A program made the translations under genes and the position numbers. A stretch of DNA of 64,000 nt from Eledone cirrhosa (taxonomy: Eukaryota): NCBI GenBank assembly GCA_964016885.1, contig CAXHJY010001696.1:43348-107347 (forward strand), written 5' to 3'. Positions 58,745-64,000 of this stretch are shown here, piece by piece (position 1 is the first letter of the stretch; each line of letters opens with the position of its first letter). A model generated the notes under the pieces. It was not told the DNA's origin. It made no database searches and saw nothing but the letters and a program-made list of their open reading frames with translations.

Positions 58745-59131
58745 CGATATTAATAAATGGAAACTATATTTATAAAACCATATTTATTTCATTATACATA
58801 TTTCAAGGACACCAAGTTAAATTATGGTGTGCTTTCATCAGATAAAATACAATATAGATCAGTTTTATAAATAAATATTGACATACCCTTAAAAAATGCA
58901 GGGTATGTCAATATTTATTTATAAAACTGATCTATATTGTATTTTATTTGATGAAAGCACACCATAATTTAACTTGGTGTCCTTGAAATATGTATAATGA
59001 AATAAATATGATTTTATAAATATAGTTTCCATTTATTAATATCGTATTTTTACTCCAAATATTTGTTGAGTGCTTTATTTCAGTTATAAAAATATTTGCT
59101 TGTTGTGTCCCAACAATTTAAATAAAACTTC

Positions 59132-59135
<4 letters not shown>
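58743..59135. mobile_element. Family A fold-back module (147-bp arms, 10-nt loop); hammerheads at 58785-58849 (-) and 58940-59004 (+)
   Basis: Minus strand: tattttat-CTGATGA-aagcacacca...tggtgtcctt-GAAA-tatgta-TA-atgaaata. The + copy has a C3T change. 3' hairpin at 59052-59071. Confidence 0.85.
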
Positions 59136-59200
<65 letters not shown>

Positions 59201-59240
59201 ACAGGAGGCTGGACTGGTGTAAGTCCTTGAAAGGTTTATT

Positions 59241-59298
59241 ATACTATGATCATTTCAATGACCGGGTTCCATATGAATCCGGTGATATCATCAGGTAT
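59241..59298 (-). ncRNA. Type-I hammerhead ribozyme
   Basis: Minus strand: atac-CTGATGA-tatcaccggattc atatg gaacccggtcatt-GAAA-tgatca-TA-gtat. Confidence 0.8.
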
Positions 59299-59363
59299 TG
59301 GAATATAACAAAGGAATATGTAAAAAGCCATGGGTCCGAAAAACCATGGGTCAACAAACCTTA

Positions 59364-59424
<61 letters not shown>

Positions 59425-59983
59425 GTGTGTGTGTGTGTGTGTGTTTATATATATATTATATATATATATATATATATGTCTGTGTATGTTTATTCAATGT
59501 TCCACCAGAAATGAGACCAACACGAGAGGAATGTCTAATTTGCTGTATCAGAAGTTATTTTTAGATTTATTAACATTTCGTCATAGCTTCCTCTCTCTCT
59601 CACTCTCTTACTCTTTCTCTTTCTTACCCCTCTCTCTAACACCCTTACACTCTCTCCTCCCTCCATCCCCCCTGAAACCGTTACTCTTTTCCTTTCCTCC
59701 TCTTCTATCTGTTACTTCCTTAGTCTTTCTCCTTTGTCCCCCTCTCTGTCACTCGCCTACTCTTTCTATTACCTCCTCCTATCTCTCCCTCCTCCGATCT
59801 TTCTCCCACTCCTCCCACCTCTCTCACTCACTCCTCTACTCTTCGTCTTTCCTCCCCTTCCTCACTCTCCTTACCACCAGTTTTCTGATACTCTCACACA
59901 CACACACACATATATATATATTATATAATCATACACACACACACTTGTATATATATATATACATAATATATACGTATATATAT

Positions 59984-60033
<50 letters not shown>

Positions 60034-60044
60034 GTATGTTTGTG

Positions 60045-60121
<77 letters not shown>

Positions 60122-60149
60122 CACAATGTGTATAGCAGAGTTATACACC

Positions 60150-60197
<48 letters not shown>

Positions 60198-60271
60198 GGT
60201 GTAATATTTTCTATCGGTATTTTAATCTTTCAGGTATATGTTCATCTTTCGTTCTATCTATCTCATCTTTA

Positions 60272-60316
<45 letters not shown>

Positions 60317-61198
60317 CAGGCCTTTCTCTCTTCCCACTCTCTCTATCACAGGCCTTTCTCTCTTCTCACCCTCTCTCTCCTCCTCCTCTTTTTCTCTCTA
60401 TCACACAAGTCTTTCTCTCTCTATCAGACACGTCTCTCTTTCTCTCATCCTAATCTATCTTACTCTCTCTCTCTCTCTCTTTTCCGCTATCCCTCTCTTC
60501 CTTTTTCTCTCTCTTCTTCTTTCTCTCTCTCTCTCTCTCTCTCGCTCTTTCTCTCTCTCTCTCTCTCTGTTCCTATTTCTCTCTCTACCACAAATGTCTC
60601 TCTTTCTCTCTCCCTCTCTCTTTTTCTCTCTCTTCCTACCATCTCTCCTTCTTCTCTCCTTCATTCTCTCTCTTTCACACTTGTCTCGCTCTCTTCCTCT
60701 TTCTCCCTCTATCACATGTCTCTCTCCCTCTCTCTTCCTACTCTCTCTTTCTCTCTCATCTCTCTCCCTCTCTATAGATAGATAGATAGATAGATAGATT
60801 GTTTGAAATAGAGAGAAAGTGAGAGAGAGAGAGAGAGCGAGAGAGAGAGAGAGCTGTAGTATAGCTGGGTATTATGTAAGTGTTACGAGATATTTAATAT
60901 CTAGATGTACCTTATTAATGTGATACGTTAATTCTAACTAGAACATTGGAACTAACCATGTACCAGACGCATTGATCAAGGGAGGTTACTCTAATGTGAC
61001 TAAAAGACACTAAGCTGTGAAGATGCCGCCGAACGTTTTATAATCCAAGTGTACTTTACCATGTGTGTGTGTGTGAATTGTGTTTGAATTATTTTCCCAT
61101 ATCTTACGTTAACTATTTTTCCATTTTGACGCTAAAGTCACTTATGTATTATGGAATACTGTTGGCTTCTTGCTACAATAATTTCTATACTTTTCATT

Positions 61199-61349
<151 letters not shown>

Positions 61350-61394
61350 GTATATATATATATATATATATACGTATATATATATATATATACG

Positions 61395-61485
<91 letters not shown>

Positions 61486-61490
61486 ATACG

Positions 61491-61621
<131 letters not shown>

Positions 61622-61904
61622 ATAAATATATAATTACTAAGACTATATTTTTTTTATATATATTTCAATCTATAAATATAATTAATCTGTAAATATTATA
61701 TAGTTCAAACTACAGATAATTATCAAACACTTATGTTTTATGTAACAAATAGAATATAGAAAATACATTTAGAAATTGCATTTACTTATATTTCTGTACA
61801 TTTAATCTATATATTTATATATATTTTAGTCTATATATATTATTTTAAATGGGTGATTAATATAAATAAATAAATAAGTAAATAAGTGTTGATGTTTTCT
61901 TTCT

Positions 61905-62540
61905 TTCACTCACTGCTTCTGTCTCTCCATCTCTCTCTTTCATTCACTGCTTCCGTCTCTCTCTCTCTCTCCATCTCTCTCTTTCACTCACTGCCTTTGT
62001 CTCTCTCACTCTCCCCATCTCTCTCTTTCACTCACTGCCTCTGTCTCTCTCACTCTCCCCACCTCTCTCTTTCACTCACTACCTCTGTCTCTCTCACTCT
62101 CCCCACCTCTCTCTTTCACTCACTGCCTCTGTCTCTCTCACTCTCCCCCACCTCTCTCTTTCACTCACTGCCTCCTTCTCTCTCGCTCTCCCCATCTCTC
62201 TCTTTCACTCACTGCTTCTGTCTCTCTCACTCTCCCCATCTCTCTCTTTCACTCACTGCCTCTGTCTCTCTCACTCTCCCCCACCTCTCTCTTTCACTCA
62301 CTGCCTCTGTCTCTCTCACTCTCCCCACCTCTCTCTTTCACTCACTGCCTCCTTCTCTCTCGCTCTCCCCATCTCTCTCTTTCACTCACTGCTTCTGTCT
62401 CTCTCACTCTCCCCATCTCTCTCTTTCACTCACTGCCTCTGTCTCTCTCTCACTCTCCCCACCTCTCTCTTTCACTCACTGCCTCTGTCTCTCTCACTCT
62501 CCCCCACCTCTCTCTTTCACTCACTGCCTCCTTCTCTCTC
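61905..62540. repeat. 39-41 nt pyrimidine minisatellite ctctctctttcactcactgcctctgtctctctcactctcccca
   Basis: About 16 units. Confidence 0.9.
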
Positions 62541-62559
62541 GCTACCCCCCCCCCCTCTC

Positions 62560-62865
62560 ACTGCGGGCCCCAGAGAACAGAACTGATCAGACATTTCCAG
62601 GAAGATGGTGAGGGAGACACTCTGGAAGAGCCATTTAATCTTGTGAAGCTCACACCTGCGGACAGCACCAGCTCGGTGCCAATGGTAGTGAGTAGGGAGG
62701 TGGTCCTAGGGCCAAGGCCACACCAGACGTCTCCACAGCCTGGGGCACGAGTGCAAACATGTCGGAGAGCAACTGATATGTGAGAGTTTAACCTCCTCGG
62801 CTCAAAGTCCAGCAGAGCCTGGTTTAGTCGCCGGCTCATCAGGCTGCCGCTGGAAAAGGTCTAAA
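62560..62865 (-). pseudogene. CRE-like non-LTR retrotransposon RLE remnant
   Basis: Across frameshifts: TFSSGSL..ATKPGSAG.AEEVKLS.YQLLSDMFALVPQAVETSGV.LGPRTTSLLTTIG..L...IKWLFQSVSLTIF. Confidence 0.75.
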
Positions 62866-62934
62866 GATATTGAATTTAAACTAATTATGGTTGTGAAATC
62901 ATTATTTCTTTGTCAAATGTATATAGACATTATA

Positions 62935-63090
62935 CAGGTAACATTCCGTTATAACGAATACCATTATAATGAATTCTTCAGTATAACGAAATTTGTTCAA
63001 TCCCCGGTCACACGCTCATTATGTTAGGCCGATCTCGTTATAAAGAATTTTTTTTATACCCCGTGAATTTCGTTATAACGGAATGCCATA
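62935..63090. mobile_element. pogo/Tigger-like MITE
   Basis: Inverted repeat cattccgttataacgaa (62942-62958) / ttcgttataacggaatg (63069-63085). Left end is ta|cag, with internal ttataacgaa subrepeats. Confidence 0.65.
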
Positions 63091-63106
63091 TATTTGTATA
63101 TCTGTA

Positions 63107-63321
63107 AGGCGGGAAATTGGCAGTATCGGTAGAGCGTTAGATACCATGCTTTGCAGCACAGAGTTATTGCCCTTTACGTTCTGTGTTCACATCCTGTCGG
63201 GGTTAGCGTCCCCTTTCATCCTTACAGGGTCGATAAAATGAAATAAAGTACTGAGGTCGGTTTAATTGGTTTTCCTCTCCCCCAAAATTGCCGGCCTTGT
63301 GCCTAAACCAGAAACCAATAA
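63107..63321 (+). mobile_element. tRNA-derived SINE, near full length
   Basis: aaggcgggaaattggcagtatcggtagagcg...ctttcatccttacagggtcgataaaat...ccccaaaattgccggccttgtgcctaaaccagaaac. Confidence 0.85.
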
Positions 63322-63635
63322 ATTTGTATATTTTAGTCTATAATTATCTGATAATTCTAAAACATATTTCTATACAATATATGAAACATAATTATCTAGA
63401 CTCTATATTTTAAAAAACACAGCCATTTATATTTAATATTCTATTAATAGGAATAATTTAAATTGCAGAAAATTATTCAGCTTATTGATAGCCAATAATT
63501 AAAATAGGATTATGAAGAATTTATAGCTAGAATTTCTGCTTCTGTTTTGTTCACACACACACTCACACACACACACTCACACACTCACACTCACACTCAC
63601 ACACCCACATACACACACACACCCACACACCCACC

Positions 63636-63675
<40 letters not shown>

Positions 63676-63826
63676 CACACTCACACACACTCACACTCAC
63701 AGTCACACACACACACACACACACATAAGCAAAGAGTTATTTAATTTGCTGGTTATTCAACAAATTTATTTATAACAGATTCGAAGCAATCTAGAAGATT
63801 CTTCTGGAGTATCAAAACAACTTTTG

Positions 63827-63888
63827 TATTTTATCTGATGAGAGCGTACCAAAAATGTTGGTACCCTTGAAATATATATAATAAAATA
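63827..63888 (+). ncRNA. Type-I hammerhead ribozyme (family A)
   Basis: tattttat-CTGATGA-gagcgtacc aaaaatgtt ggtaccctt-GAAA-tatata-TA-ataaaata. Confidence 0.85.
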
Positions 63889-64000
63889 AATCTGGTTTTA
63901 TAAAGATAGTTTCCATTTATTAATATTATTGATATATATATATCTATCTATCTAAGGCGGGTAAAATTCCCGAGATCCATGGACGAGTTCTCTCCAGCGG

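Overview
Eukaryotic, AT-rich, microsatellite-saturated non-coding DNA. It is most likely from an octopus (coleoid cephalopod), inferred from the tRNA-derived SINE families and the (TA)n/(CA)n/(TATC)n load. No intact protein-coding gene is supported, and almost all ORFs in the track are translations of simple repeats. Recognisable remnants are RTE, R4/Dong-like, CRE-like and Tx1-like non-LTR retrotransposon ends, a decayed mariner transposase, a pogo/Tigger-like MITE and many SINE copies. The main hidden signal is about 40 (manual count) minimal type-I hammerhead ribozyme motifs (CUGANGA...GAAA...UH, usually with palindromic helix III) from more than 10 unrelated sequence families. They lie in short modules between (TA)n tracts, often as head-to-head fold-back pairs. 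Most of these families share a covarying bulged hairpin (RCUC-stem-loop-stem-UH-GAGY) about 35-70 nt before the 3' (TA)n junction. One family looks like a circularly permuted monomer of about 316 nt. I interpret these as Penelope-like pLTR or retrozyme-type non-autonomous elements that target (TA)n. No RT or GIY-YIG ORF is present in the window, so that assignment is an inference. All structures were folded by eye.
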